From: Acidimicrobiia bacterium
GTDB taxonomy: Bacteria; Actinomycetota; Acidimicrobiia; Spongiisociales; ZC4RG35
Assembly (NCBI GenBank): GCA_965203555.1
Contig: CBDBCY010000004.1
Coordinates: forward strand, 2,026,007-2,090,006
DNA length: 64,000 nucleotides
Direction: 5' to 3'
Every line of letters begins with the position of its first letter. Position 1 is the first letter of the stretch. Below the pieces are notes generated by a model that ran no database searches, was not told the DNA's origin, and saw only the letters and a program-made list of their open reading frames with translations. The position numbers were made by a program, and so were the translations under genes. Of the stretch, positions 37,733-47,063 are shown in pieces.

Positions 37733-37933
37733 CTGGGCCACCCTGCGAATACTCCTCGGTTCACGTCAAACCAGGCAATAACGCACGGCGACTCTTCTCT
37801 TTAGGATCTACTTGCCCGCCGTCTGCCTCCACGGACAACGCCGAACAACCGGCCACACCTGGATTGGAAGACGCAGGATTCGCTGAAAAAAATCTGTCTC
37901 GACCCGGCGAGGCAATGATTCTCAACCTAGCAT

Positions 37934-37959
37934 GATCATTAAATGATCGGGTCATATGA
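37934..37959 (+). promoter_or_regulatory. Two AT-rich palindromes: GATCATTAAATGATC (37934-37948) and TCATATGA (37952-37959)
   Basis: They lie 35-60 bp upstream of the 37992 CDS in a GC-rich genome and are candidate operator sites. Confidence 0.35.
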
Positions 37960-37991
37960 TGATCCGAGTAGTGAAGAATAGAAGGTGTGCA

Positions 37992-38771
37992 ATGTCAATG
38001 GTTCTTCCTCCCGACGAACGCCCGCTCCTGGTCTGTCGCGTCGACTGTCCGCCCCCTCTCCAAGAGGAGCTTGACGGCTGGACTGCCTGGCACTTTGACG
38101 ACTTCGGCCGTCACTACGCGGTGTTGGGGGCGTCCAGCTACAAGATCATTCGCGACTTTGATCCTGAGACAGGACTCCCCGCGGCATTTAACGCTTCCCA
38201 GGCCACCCGTTTCATTCCATACGTGGCCACCAATATTCCGGACATGCATGCTTGGATCGGAAGCGAGGTGGTAACAGGAGGGTTGGATGAGCCCACCTTG
38301 GAACGCGAGTCGCAGTATCCGTCACTGGAGCAGGAGCCGTTCAACGGGACCATGATGACCATTTCCAAGGTGATTGGAGCCTTGGGCAGGGATCAAGTGG
38401 GAAGCGGCGGCTGTGTTGTCGAACGCTTTGAAGTTGGTCCCGAACATGAAGAGGAGTTTGACGAGTGGCTTGATGGTCCACATCTCGCCAGCTACGCAGA
38501 ACTGGACGGATGGGTGAGGATTCGCACCTTCCGGGGAGATCGGACAGCTGACTACGCCTTTCCCTGGAACCGTTACCTGGGTAAAGGAAATCGCATGCTC
38601 TGGTGCGAGTTGAAGGCGGACGTGGACCCCAAAGAGTTTGTTCGACGTCCCGAATACAACGAGATTCTGAAGGACTCGCTGCGATGGGATTCGGTGCTGC
38701 CTTACATCACCCGCGAAGCTTGCGAGGAATTCATCGTTCGCGACCTGTCGCAAATCCCTTCGGCAGTCTGA
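37992..38771 (+). CDS. Hypothetical protein with two internally repeated approximately 100-aa domains; paralog of 42136..42861
   Basis: GAAGG RBS then ATG 37992. Internal repeat: LLVCRVDCPPPLQEELDGWTAWHFDDF versus CVVERFEVGPEHEEEFDEWLDGPHL. It shares ERFEV..EEFDEW... and DSLRWD..L.YI.RE with the 42136 gene. Confidence 0.6.
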   Translation: MSMVLPPDERPLLVCRVDCPPPLQEELDGWTAWHFDDFGRHYAVLGASSYKIIRDFDPETGLPAAFNASQATRFIPYVATNIPDMHAWIGSEVVTGGLDEPTLERESQYPSLEQEPFNGTMMTISKVIGALGRDQVGSGGCVVERFEVGPEHEEEFDEWLDGPHLASYAELDGWVRIRTFRGDRTADYAFPWNRYLGKGNRMLWCELKADVDPKEFVRRPEYNEILKDSLRWDSVLPYITREACEEFIVRDLSQIPSAV

Positions 38772-38867
38772 CATTGGGGACACAGCTACCGACTAATGCC
38801 GGGTCATAATCACTGTCTCGTAGAACGGGGCAGTGCGAGAAACTGCTAAGGAAAGGAAGATCAAGCA

Positions 38868-40268
38868 ATGAGATTAAGCAAGGAAATGGAGATAATCCGG
38901 CGGGCGAAGCAGGCCGGAATGTCCCGACGAGAGTTCATCCGGTTGGGCGGCACCGCGGCTGCCGCCGCGGCCTTCCTGGCGGCGTGTGGCGACGACACCG
39001 TCGAAACCACGGCCGCTGCCACCACGACGGCTGCCCCCGCCACCACGGCGGCGCCGGCCACTACCGCCGCGCCAACCACCACGGCGGCGCCCGACGCCGA
39101 CGAGGTCGGCGGCGAGATCACCCTTTGGGCATGGGGCGCCGGCTTCGAAGGAGAGGTAATTCAACAGCGCATCGACTACTTCAACAGCAAGTATCCGAAT
39201 GTGCAGGTCAACTGGGAGCCGCTGGCTGCCAACGGTTACGAGGAGTACCCACAACTTCTGGCCCGGTTTGCCGCTGGAAATGCGCCGGATGTCATGAGGA
39301 TGCTCAACTTCCAGTTGACGCAGCTCACCGCTGAGGGTGAGGCGCTTCTCCAAGTGGACGACTACATCGCAAGGGACGCCGAAGAGTTGAATATGGGCGA
39401 CTTTATCCCCACCACTGTTGAAGGCGCCAAGGTCGACGGAAAGATGTACGGACTGCCCGATAACACTGAGCCGTATGTCATTTACTACAACCGGGACGCC
39501 TTTAACGCGGCAGGACTGGAAGATCCGCAGGTGCTCTTCCAAAACGGCGAGTGGAACGAGGAAGCGTTCACAAATTCCATCGATACGCTGGTGGACAACG
39601 GGATGCGCTTCGGGGTGTCCTTCGAGTCTTGGAACTACGATACGTTCTGCTTCATGGGTGGAGGGACGATTCTCAACGAGAACCTGGAACCCACCATCCA
39701 TCAGGGCGCCAGTCCCCAGATGCTCGGCTATTTCGCCAAGCTCATCGAAGACGGCAAGTCTCCCAATCCCGTGGTGGCTGGAGGAGCTCACTTGGAGGCC
39801 TTCCGCAACCAGCAGACCGGCATGTACCTCATGGGTCCGTGGTGGTACGGAGCCCTGGCGGGCACCCTGGATTTCGACTACGACGTGACCGCCCTCCCGA
39901 GTTTCAACGGAGTGCGGGCCGGGAAACTCGAGTTGGGAACCATCTCGATTTCCTCCCAGTCGAAGAATCCCGAAGCTGCATGGGCTTTCACCAAGACCAT
40001 CACCGATACCAGAGGACTGGAGATATGGAGCCAGGTTGCCACGCCGACTCGTCGGAGCGCCTTGGAGGCCGCCGGTTTCAACGACGTGCAGTGGAAGAAG
40101 GACGCGGTCGCCATGGTAGAGGCCGGGACGTGGACGCCGTTCACCACGCAGGGCTTCGCGGTCGACACCGCATGCGCCGCCGCATTGGACCTGTTGTGGG
40201 CCGGTGAAGCCACCGCCGAGGAAGCGACCCAGGATGCGGCGAACAGAATCACGGAAGCACTGGCGTAA
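38868..40268 (+). CDS. Carbohydrate ABC transporter substrate-binding protein (family 1, CUT1), Tat-lipoprotein
   Basis: Twin-arginine motif SRREFIRLGG plus lipobox FLAAC, a Thr/Ala linker, and the family-1 binding-protein body (ITLWAWGAG..., PDVMRM). Confidence 0.85.
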   Translation: MRLSKEMEIIRRAKQAGMSRREFIRLGGTAAAAAAFLAACGDDTVETTAAATTTAAPATTAAPATTAAPTTTAAPDADEVGGEITLWAWGAGFEGEVIQQRIDYFNSKYPNVQVNWEPLAANGYEEYPQLLARFAAGNAPDVMRMLNFQLTQLTAEGEALLQVDDYIARDAEELNMGDFIPTTVEGAKVDGKMYGLPDNTEPYVIYYNRDAFNAAGLEDPQVLFQNGEWNEEAFTNSIDTLVDNGMRFGVSFESWNYDTFCFMGGGTILNENLEPTIHQGASPQMLGYFAKLIEDGKSPNPVVAGGAHLEAFRNQQTGMYLMGPWWYGALAGTLDFDYDVTALPSFNGVRAGKLELGTISISSQSKNPEAAWAFTKTITDTRGLEIWSQVATPTRRSALEAAGFNDVQWKKDAVAMVEAGTWTPFTTQGFAVDTACAAALDLLWAGEATAEEATQDAANRITEALA

Positions 40269-40277
40269 CTAGCCTGG

Positions 40278-41246
40278 GTGACGACCATCACCAACCTAAA
40301 AACTGTCAGAGCGAATGCGGGGGACCCGCTGGTCGAGTCTCCCGCATTCAAGAAGCCAAGGGTGCGATGGAGGCGTAAAAGCACCCTGATTGCGTATGCC
40401 TTTCTGGCGCCATGGATCGTTGGTCTGGCAGTGTTTTACCTGGGGCCGGTGGCAACCTCGGCCGTTCTGTCGTTTACCGATTACAACATCATCTCGCCGG
40501 CGGAGTTCACCGGCTTCGACAACTACGAGAAGATGATCACCGATGGGGAATTCGTGCAAGCCCTGAAAGTGACCCTCTATTACACGGCCTTCTTCTTGTT
40601 GATGTACGTTGTCCTCTCGCTGTTCGTGGCCATTCTGGCCAACCGGCCGGGACGGGGAACCGCCCTGTTCCGGTTGATCGTCTTCCTTCCGTCTCTGATC
40701 CCGTTGTTCGCGGCCGCCGTCCTGTGGGGGTGGATATTCAACACCGACTTCGGGCTGATCAACTACCTGTTGGAGCAGGTGGGCCTCCCCCGGCAGGGGT
40801 TTTTCCAGGATCCCCAGCAGGCATTGCCCCTGGTGGGAATGCTGACCTTCTGGTCGATCGGATCGGCCTTTCTGGTCTATCTATCAGGGTTGCAGTCGAT
40901 CCCTGTACACCTCTATGAGGCGATCACTGTCGACGGGGCGTCAGGCATCCGTCGGTTCTGGCACATCACCCTCCCGATGCTCAGCCCGGTCATCTTGTTC
41001 AATCTCATCATCGGAATCGTGCTTTCGTTCCAGGTTTTCGACATCGCCTGGGTCCTGACTGACGGCGGCCCGGCCAATCGCACGCTCTTTTGGGTGCTGT
41101 TGATTTTCCGCCGGGCCTTCCAAGACTTCCAAATGGGATATGCGTCGGCGCTGTCGTGGGTCCTGTTCATCGTCGTCGCGGGCGTGACCGGACTGATCTT
41201 TCGCACGTCCCGGTGGTGGGTCCACTACGAGGGAAGGGCCCAGTGA
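40278..41246 (+). CDS. Carbohydrate ABC transporter permease (MalF/UgpA-like)
   Basis: EAA-type motif region and a 6-TM profile. The start is GTG 40278 or GTG 40362. Confidence 0.8.
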   Translation: MTTITNLKTVRANAGDPLVESPAFKKPRVRWRRKSTLIAYAFLAPWIVGLAVFYLGPVATSAVLSFTDYNIISPAEFTGFDNYEKMITDGEFVQALKVTLYYTAFFLLMYVVLSLFVAILANRPGRGTALFRLIVFLPSLIPLFAAAVLWGWIFNTDFGLINYLLEQVGLPRQGFFQDPQQALPLVGMLTFWSIGSAFLVYLSGLQSIPVHLYEAITVDGASGIRRFWHITLPMLSPVILFNLIIGIVLSFQVFDIAWVLTDGGPANRTLFWVLLIFRRAFQDFQMGYASALSWVLFIVVAGVTGLIFRTSRWWVHYEGRAQ

Positions 41247-42136
41247 CTGCCTCTGGAACGGCGCTTCGTCCGGTTCCCACCGGGAACCTGGCTCAACGTT
41301 TGCAGCGGCGGCGCAAGGCCCTGTGGTACCTGAGCATGGTGTTCATAGGTTTGGTCATGATCCTTCCCGTCTACTACATGATCTACCTGGCCTTCTCCGA
41401 ACTCGGGAAGGAGTTCGTCTTCCCGCCCGGGTTCTTGCCGGACCCGATCAAATTCGAGAACGTGCTCAAGGCGCCGGAGGGTACGGCAACCCCTCTCTGG
41501 GGATACGCAAAGAACAGCCTCCTGTACGCGGGGCTGGGCACCCTGGGAGCGTTGGTTGCGGAGTCGATGGCAGGCTTTGCCCTGGCCCGGATGCGCTTTC
41601 CGGGCCGTAACGTCATTTTCGCCCTCACGGTGGGCATGCTGATCATGCCTTTCGTCGCCACCATCATCCCCAAGTTCCTGCTGTTCAGCAGAGTCGGGTT
41701 GGTGGACACCTACTGGGCACTGATCCTGCCCTGGTGGTTCGGAGGGTCGCCGTACGGGATATTCCTGATGCGCCAGTTCTTCCTGACCATTCCACGGGAA
41801 TTCGATGAAGCCGCACTGATCGACGGCGCCGGGCCGTGGAGAACCATGTGGCTGGTGCTCATGCCCCAGGCGGTTCCGGTGCTGGTGGCCCTGGGCATGC
41901 TGCACTTCGCCTACTTCTGGAATGACCTGCTGGGGCCACTGGTGTTCTGCCAGACACGGGCCTGCAAGACCCTGCCCCAGGGCATCCTGGCCAACTACCA
42001 GGCGACCTGGGATCCGCAGTGGGCGATGTTCATGATGTCCACGGTGCTGATGGTGCTGCCGGTGGCGGTGGTGTTCATCCTGGCTCAACGGCGGTTCAAG
42101 CAGGGATTCTTGTTCTCGGGACTGGGGGGACGGTGA
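41243..42136 (+). CDS. Carbohydrate ABC transporter permease (MalG/UgpE-like)
   Basis: GTG start overlapping the upstream stop (GTGA). Polytopic profile with DEAALIDGAG in the EAA loop. Confidence 0.85.
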   Translation: MTASGTALRPVPTGNLAQRLQRRRKALWYLSMVFIGLVMILPVYYMIYLAFSELGKEFVFPPGFLPDPIKFENVLKAPEGTATPLWGYAKNSLLYAGLGTLGALVAESMAGFALARMRFPGRNVIFALTVGMLIMPFVATIIPKFLLFSRVGLVDTYWALILPWWFGGSPYGIFLMRQFFLTIPREFDEAALIDGAGPWRTMWLVLMPQAVPVLVALGMLHFAYFWNDLLGPLVFCQTRACKTLPQGILANYQATWDPQWAMFMMSTVLMVLPVAVVFILAQRRFKQGFLFSGLGGR

Positions 42137-42861
42137 TGCCGCTGCACCTCGGCGCCGTGCTCATTGCCCGGGCTTGGCCGCAACGGCACGCGCTCGAGGA
42201 GTTCGATCGGTGGCAGCAGACCAAGCATCTGGTCGACCTTGTGGCATTGCCGGGTGTCCGCCGGGTCAGCTACTACGCCACCCGGACGGCCGGCGTCCCC
42301 CAGGCCTGGCAGGGGAGCGGCAACCGGATGGCGGCTTACTGGGGCGAGGATCTGGAGGGGCTCAACCGTTGGATGTCCGATCCGGGCCTGGCGGAGGCCA
42401 TCGAAGACGGCAGCCAATTCTTCGATTCGTTCAACGAGTTGGACGACAGCACCTACACGGGGAACGTCTACCAACTCGGACCCAGATGGCCGGGAGATCC
42501 GGAGCCATCGTTGCAGGGGTGTCTTCTAATGCAACGATTCGAAGTGACCGATCACGAGAAAGAAGAATTCGACGATTGGATCATCCGCAAGCACCTGCCG
42601 GCCCTGCGCAGCATCCCGGGATGGCGGTGGGTCCAATGGGGCAAGGCGGTGAGGGGTCTTCCCGTGCAGTACTACAACTCCCCGGGCAATCGGGTGGTGC
42701 TGGCGGAATTGGATCACCCGACGGCGCCTGATCTGACTTCCGGACCTGTAGACCGCGTCTTGGCCGATTCGCTCAGGTGGGATCGCCGCCTCAACTACAT
42801 CCGCCGAGAGGTTGACGAGCGGGTCGCTTCTTTCGACAAACCTGTGGGGGCATCCGCATGA
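42136..42861 (+). CDS. Hypothetical two-domain protein, paralog of 37992..38771
   Basis: The ATG overlaps the permease stop (GTGATG). It shares QRFEVTDHEKEEFDDWIIRKHLP and DSLRWDRRLNYIRREV with the 37992 protein. Confidence 0.6.
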   Translation: MPLHLGAVLIARAWPQRHALEEFDRWQQTKHLVDLVALPGVRRVSYYATRTAGVPQAWQGSGNRMAAYWGEDLEGLNRWMSDPGLAEAIEDGSQFFDSFNELDDSTYTGNVYQLGPRWPGDPEPSLQGCLLMQRFEVTDHEKEEFDDWIIRKHLPALRSIPGWRWVQWGKAVRGLPVQYYNSPGNRVVLAELDHPTAPDLTSGPVDRVLADSLRWDRRLNYIRREVDERVASFDKPVGASA

Positions 42862-44075
42862 GTTTTGTAACCATGGAGAACGTTTGGAAGGTGTACCTCG
42901 ACGGTACGGTGGCGGTCGAGAGCCTCGATCTCAGCGTCGAAGAGGGCGAATTGATGGTGCTGGTAGGACCGTCGGGTTGTGGAAAGTCATCCATTCTGAG
43001 GATGATCGCCGGCCTTGAGGAGATATCGGCGGGTTCGCTCTACATCGGAGGGGAACTGGTGAACGAGGTCTCTCCCGACAAGCGCAACATCGCCATGGTC
43101 TTCCAGAACTACGCGCTCTATCCCCATATGACGGTGGCCGAGAACATGGGGTTCAGCCTGAGGCTCCAGCACGTGGCCAGGGCCATCCGGGACCGGGTGG
43201 TGGGTGAGACCGCCAACGTGCTGAGCTTGAGCGAATTGTTGAAACGGCAGCCGGCGCAACTGAGCGGAGGCCAACGGCAAAGAGTGGCGATGGGACGCGC
43301 CATGGTGCGGGATCCGCGGGTCTTCCTCCTGGATGAGCCCCTCTCGAATCTCGACGCCAAGCTGCGCACGCAGATGCGAACGGAGGTGCGGGAACTGCAG
43401 CGCCGTCTCGGTGCGACCATGATCTATGTAACCCACGACCAGGTCGAAGCCATGACCATGGCCGACCGGATCGCGGTGCTGCGGCGGGGTGTGCTGCAAC
43501 AGGTGGGGACACCCCGAGAGCTCTACTGGGAGCCCGCCAACCTTTTCGTGGCGGACTTCATCGGCTCACCCGCCATGAATCTGCTCCAGGGCACGCTGGA
43601 AGTTGACGGCGACCGAGTCAGCATTCTGTACGGCGAGGGATTGACATTCGAACTGCCCTCGCGGCTGCGGACCGGTCGGACGCGGTCCGATGCTCAGGGG
43701 AAGGAAGTAATCCTCGGTGTGCGGCCGGAGCACTTCGCCGTGGCCCACAACGGATCGGAACGGGGGATTCCCGTGAAGGTGCGGTTTTCCGAGGTACTGG
43801 GGTCGGAGACCCTGGTGCATGTCGATGTGCCCGCGCCAACCGTGGTGACCGAAGGGCTTCGCGAGATAGCCCAGGACATCGACGACACGGTGTTGAGTCA
43901 ATTGGAGATGTCCAAGGAAAGCCGATTCGTCGTCAAGCTGAACGGAGACCGCCCGGTGGAATCGGGAGCGCAACTGCAGATCGTTCCCGACGAGGACTGC
44001 CGTCTTTACTTCTTCGATCCACAGTCGCCTGCAACGCCCGCCTGGTCGTTGAAACCCAAGGAGGATGATTTATGA
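42858..44075 (+). CDS. Carbohydrate ABC transporter ATP-binding protein (MalK/MsiK/UgpC-like with C-terminal TOBE domain)
   Basis: Walker A GPSGCGKSS, signature LSGGQRQRVA and Walker B FLLDEPLSNLD; approximately 405 aa. Confidence 0.9.
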   Translation: MSFVTMENVWKVYLDGTVAVESLDLSVEEGELMVLVGPSGCGKSSILRMIAGLEEISAGSLYIGGELVNEVSPDKRNIAMVFQNYALYPHMTVAENMGFSLRLQHVARAIRDRVVGETANVLSLSELLKRQPAQLSGGQRQRVAMGRAMVRDPRVFLLDEPLSNLDAKLRTQMRTEVRELQRRLGATMIYVTHDQVEAMTMADRIAVLRRGVLQQVGTPRELYWEPANLFVADFIGSPAMNLLQGTLEVDGDRVSILYGEGLTFELPSRLRTGRTRSDAQGKEVILGVRPEHFAVAHNGSERGIPVKVRFSEVLGSETLVHVDVPAPTVVTEGLREIAQDIDDTVLSQLEMSKESRFVVKLNGDRPVESGAQLQIVPDEDCRLYFFDPQSPATPAWSLKPKEDDL

Positions 44076-45091
44076 GTGACTCGAAGCTCTCGAAGCTTGC
44101 TCTCGGCTGCTACCCGCTCGGCGGTGGGTATGGGAATCTGGAGTTGGAGACGGCACGAGCCACCGTGGATGCCGCCTTGGATGCCGGCTGGACGTTCTTC
44201 GACACGGCCGAGGGATATCTCGACTCCGAGGTGAGGCTGGGACAGTTCTTGGCAGGACGCCGTGATCAGGTGTTCCTGGCCACCAAGGTGTTTCCCAACG
44301 AGCCCTATACCTACGAAAACATGAGGGTCTCCTTGAACAACAGCTTGAGGAAACTGCGCACGGACCGGGTTGATCTTCTCCAGTTGCACGGTCCCCCGGA
44401 CTGGGTGATCACCTTCGACGACGCGCCTTCAATGGCCGAGGTGGGAGAGTCCCTGGCTCGATTGGTAGAAAGCGGTGATGTCCTCAAAGTGGGGGTCTGC
44501 AACCTCCCCGTTTCTCTGATGGAGGAACTCTCCACCACTGTCCAACTCTTCTCCACCCAGAACCTGTGGTCGCTCTACGATCAGGTCGGCACGGACGACG
44601 GGATCCACCTGCCGGTGGGTGAGTCCATCATTCCCTGGTGCCGCGACAACAGTGTGCATGTCTTTGCCTTCAGTCCGCTGGCTCGAGGTCTGTTGGCCGA
44701 CGGATTGTCGCCCGACCGCACCTTTCCGACCCACGACGAGCGGTATTACCTGCCCCGCTTCCAGCCCGACGTCTACCCCGACTGGGCGCGCCTTTCCAAT
44801 CGGCTGGAGGGATGGGCGCGGGACAACGGTCGCACCCTGGTGCAGTTGGCGGTGGCTTGGACCCTGGCCACTCCCGGAGTCACTTCCACCCTGATCGGCG
44901 CGAAGACGCCGCGCCACATCGAGGCCATGGCCGGCGCCGATGAATGGGAGATGTCGGAGAGCGACCTGGCGGAAATCGACGACATCATCGCCACGCTCCC
45001 ACCCAGAGCGGCCGCAGCCCTATCCATCGTCTGGGACCACTTTCCCGAAAATGCGGTCCGGGCCATGGCCGATCGTCGACACGGGCGGTAG
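44072..45091 (+). CDS. Aldo/keto reductase
   Basis: AKR fold signatures (FFDTAEGY, LATKV, LQLHGPPD); ATGA overlap. Confidence 0.85.
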   Translation: MSDSKLSKLALGCYPLGGGYGNLELETARATVDAALDAGWTFFDTAEGYLDSEVRLGQFLAGRRDQVFLATKVFPNEPYTYENMRVSLNNSLRKLRTDRVDLLQLHGPPDWVITFDDAPSMAEVGESLARLVESGDVLKVGVCNLPVSLMEELSTTVQLFSTQNLWSLYDQVGTDDGIHLPVGESIIPWCRDNSVHVFAFSPLARGLLADGLSPDRTFPTHDERYYLPRFQPDVYPDWARLSNRLEGWARDNGRTLVQLAVAWTLATPGVTSTLIGAKTPRHIEAMAGADEWEMSESDLAEIDDIIATLPPRAAAALSIVWDHFPENAVRAMADRRHGR

Positions 45092-45319
45092 CTGGAAACG
45101 CCACCCGTCACAGCCATGATCCGATAATTGTGTGTCAAGCGGATTGTCTATGTGACTCGGTATGGGGGATGTCTACCTTTGAGGGTGGCTCTCGCGTCAG
45201 CGAGGCCTTCTCCGTTACCCACCCTTTTCAGACTCGCGGCTGGACTCAAGCGTAACGTGTCATGCGGTGCGAGAGTGATAGTACTTCTGCGCATTGCCTA
45301 CTTGACCTGGCGTTTCAAT

Positions 45320-45342
45320 CTACTCTAACATTGTTAGAGTAG
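45320..45342. terminator. Hairpin CTACTCTAAC-att-GTTAGAGTAG (10-bp stem) between convergent genes
   Basis: A perfect inverted repeat between the end of the + strand AKR gene and the stop of the minus-strand gene at 45344. There is no U-tract. Confidence 0.4.
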
Positions 45343-45343
45343 G

Positions 45344-46846
45344 TTATAGCCCGGGTGTTTGAGGTTCGTGTTCCGTTAGTACCCAATATGCCTGTGGGTC
45401 CTGCCGTGAGCTTCCCACCCACTTGACCAACCCAGCGGTCTGCAAGGTTTTGATGTGACGTAGAACGGTGGGTCGGGAATGGAAGGTGGCGGCCATGATC
45501 TCGCCCGTGGAGAGCCGGGTTGCTACCCGTAATAGCTGCAGCACTTGTCGAGCGGTCTGCGGCAGTGCTTCCTCCACACCCTTGACGGTGGTGCGGGCGA
45601 GCAAAGTAACGTGAACCGAGGATGATCTCTGTTCAAAAACGGGATCAACCAGGCCCTCCCTCCGCATCCGGTCGAACATGCGGCGTATTCCTTCTCCCAA
45701 CTCTTGGCCGAACCGCATGTCTGCACATACGCGGGCTATATTGGGGTTCCGGGCGTACCGCATCACTTCACGAGGATCGGCGCTGTTGGCGAGACCAGGA
45801 AAGCGCCCCGGGCTGTGCACTTCGATTCGGTTGTCGAATATCTCGAATCGAATGTGGTCTCCGGACATGCTGTATGAGCGGTGCACGACCGCATTCACAA
45901 GCGCTTCGCTCCACACCTCGGTGGGGATGATCGGCACAGTCTCGAATCGGCCCCGGTGTCCGAAGGCTTCCCGGGAAGGCATGAGGCTCTTTATGGAACG
46001 ACGGGCCTCTTCGATCTGACCGAGCAGAGACCCGTCAACCTGCCGATCAGTCTCCAGTTGCTGTCCGCGGCCGACCCCACGGGCATTGCCCCGGTATCTC
46101 AAGATACGCACCCGAGCCTGGGGGAACCAGGCTTGGGGCGTGATTCCGAATAGCAACACTGCGGCGACTGTGATCTGTCCGGCCCGGTCCACGAGTCCTC
46201 TTGCGGTAAGAAGTCGCTCTCCATTCCCGGATCCCAATGCCGAAGCCCAGGATGTCATGGCGCCGGGGTCCAGGTCGGCCTGGGAGGCGTCAGGTATCGG
46301 CGTTGCTTCGTAAATGCTCTGTCCCTTGTCATGCAGCAATTCCCGCCGCTGATCGAACCGGAGCTTTCGGGTTTCGTCGCCCACTCGAAGAAATACCTCG
46401 TCGGCGACCGTGGCATGAACCACGTTCGACTTCCTGATCCGGAATACCAACAGATGATCTCTCTGCCCGGATTGGTTGACACATGCCAGCAGTTCGGTGG
46501 AAATGGGGACCACAGGTACGGTGAAGTCGATTGCGGCCTGCTGCCAGGATGAAAGCAGCCTCGGACCGGAGTGGTAAATTCCGACGACGCAGCTCCTTTC
46601 GACTCCTTCAGAGCGGTCTTTGCTAAGACCAACCACCACGATTCCCCCGTCAGCATTGGCGAACGCCACCAGAGTGTTGGCCAGATCTCTCGCGGCGACA
46701 CGCGGGCCTTTGCGCTCGAACCATTGGCTTTCGGGAACCTGGCAAAGCAACGTGCCGCATCGAGATTCGTCGGCGATTAGTGCTTGTTCAGCGGCGGCGG
46801 TGGTCACTAGGTCGGTGATCTCTCTCAAGAAAGCCAGTCTGGACAA
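45344..46846 (-). CDS. Schlafen/AlbA_2-like ATP-binding protein with HATPase_c_4 and C-terminal winged-HTH (putative transcriptional regulator, often misannotated as RecG-like)
   Basis: AlbA_2 motif WFERKG...LVAFANADGGIVVVGL, HATPase_c_4-like EALVNAVVHRSYSMSGDHIRFEIFDNRIEVHSPG, and a C-terminal HTH (LSTGEIMAATFHSRPTVLRHIKTLQTAGLV). TTG start. Confidence 0.7.
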   Translation of the reverse strand: MSRLAFLREITDLVTTAAAEQALIADESRCGTLLCQVPESQWFERKGPRVAARDLANTLVAFANADGGIVVVGLSKDRSEGVERSCVVGIYHSGPRLLSSWQQAAIDFTVPVVPISTELLACVNQSGQRDHLLVFRIRKSNVVHATVADEVFLRVGDETRKLRFDQRRELLHDKGQSIYEATPIPDASQADLDPGAMTSWASALGSGNGERLLTARGLVDRAGQITVAAVLLFGITPQAWFPQARVRILRYRGNARGVGRGQQLETDRQVDGSLLGQIEEARRSIKSLMPSREAFGHRGRFETVPIIPTEVWSEALVNAVVHRSYSMSGDHIRFEIFDNRIEVHSPGRFPGLANSADPREVMRYARNPNIARVCADMRFGQELGEGIRRMFDRMRREGLVDPVFEQRSSSVHVTLLARTTVKGVEEALPQTARQVLQLLRVATRLSTGEIMAATFHSRPTVLRHIKTLQTAGLVKWVGSSRQDPQAYWVLTEHEPQTPGL

Positions 46847-46850
46847 CTAT

Positions 46851-46869
46851 ACTATAAACTTTTTATAGT
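46851..46869. promoter_or_regulatory. AT-rich inverted repeat ACTATAAA-ctt-TTTATAGT immediately upstream of the Schlafen-like gene start
   Basis: It sits directly upstream of the TTG start in a strikingly AT-rich 40-bp patch, a candidate operator. Confidence 0.35.
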
Positions 46870-47063
46870 AGATTACACCAACCCCGTCCTTATGTGATGG
46901 TGCCTCCCAAGCCTCTATTACCTCGACGGATGGCGCCCCACATGTTCGTAACAAGCGACATCGAAGGCTCTCCCAAGGCGCCATCAGCCCTGCGAGACGG
47001 TGAAACGGTTGCTCATCACTGAACCAACTCAGGTCGATTCAGCCAGTGGGGCCAGACCGCGCT

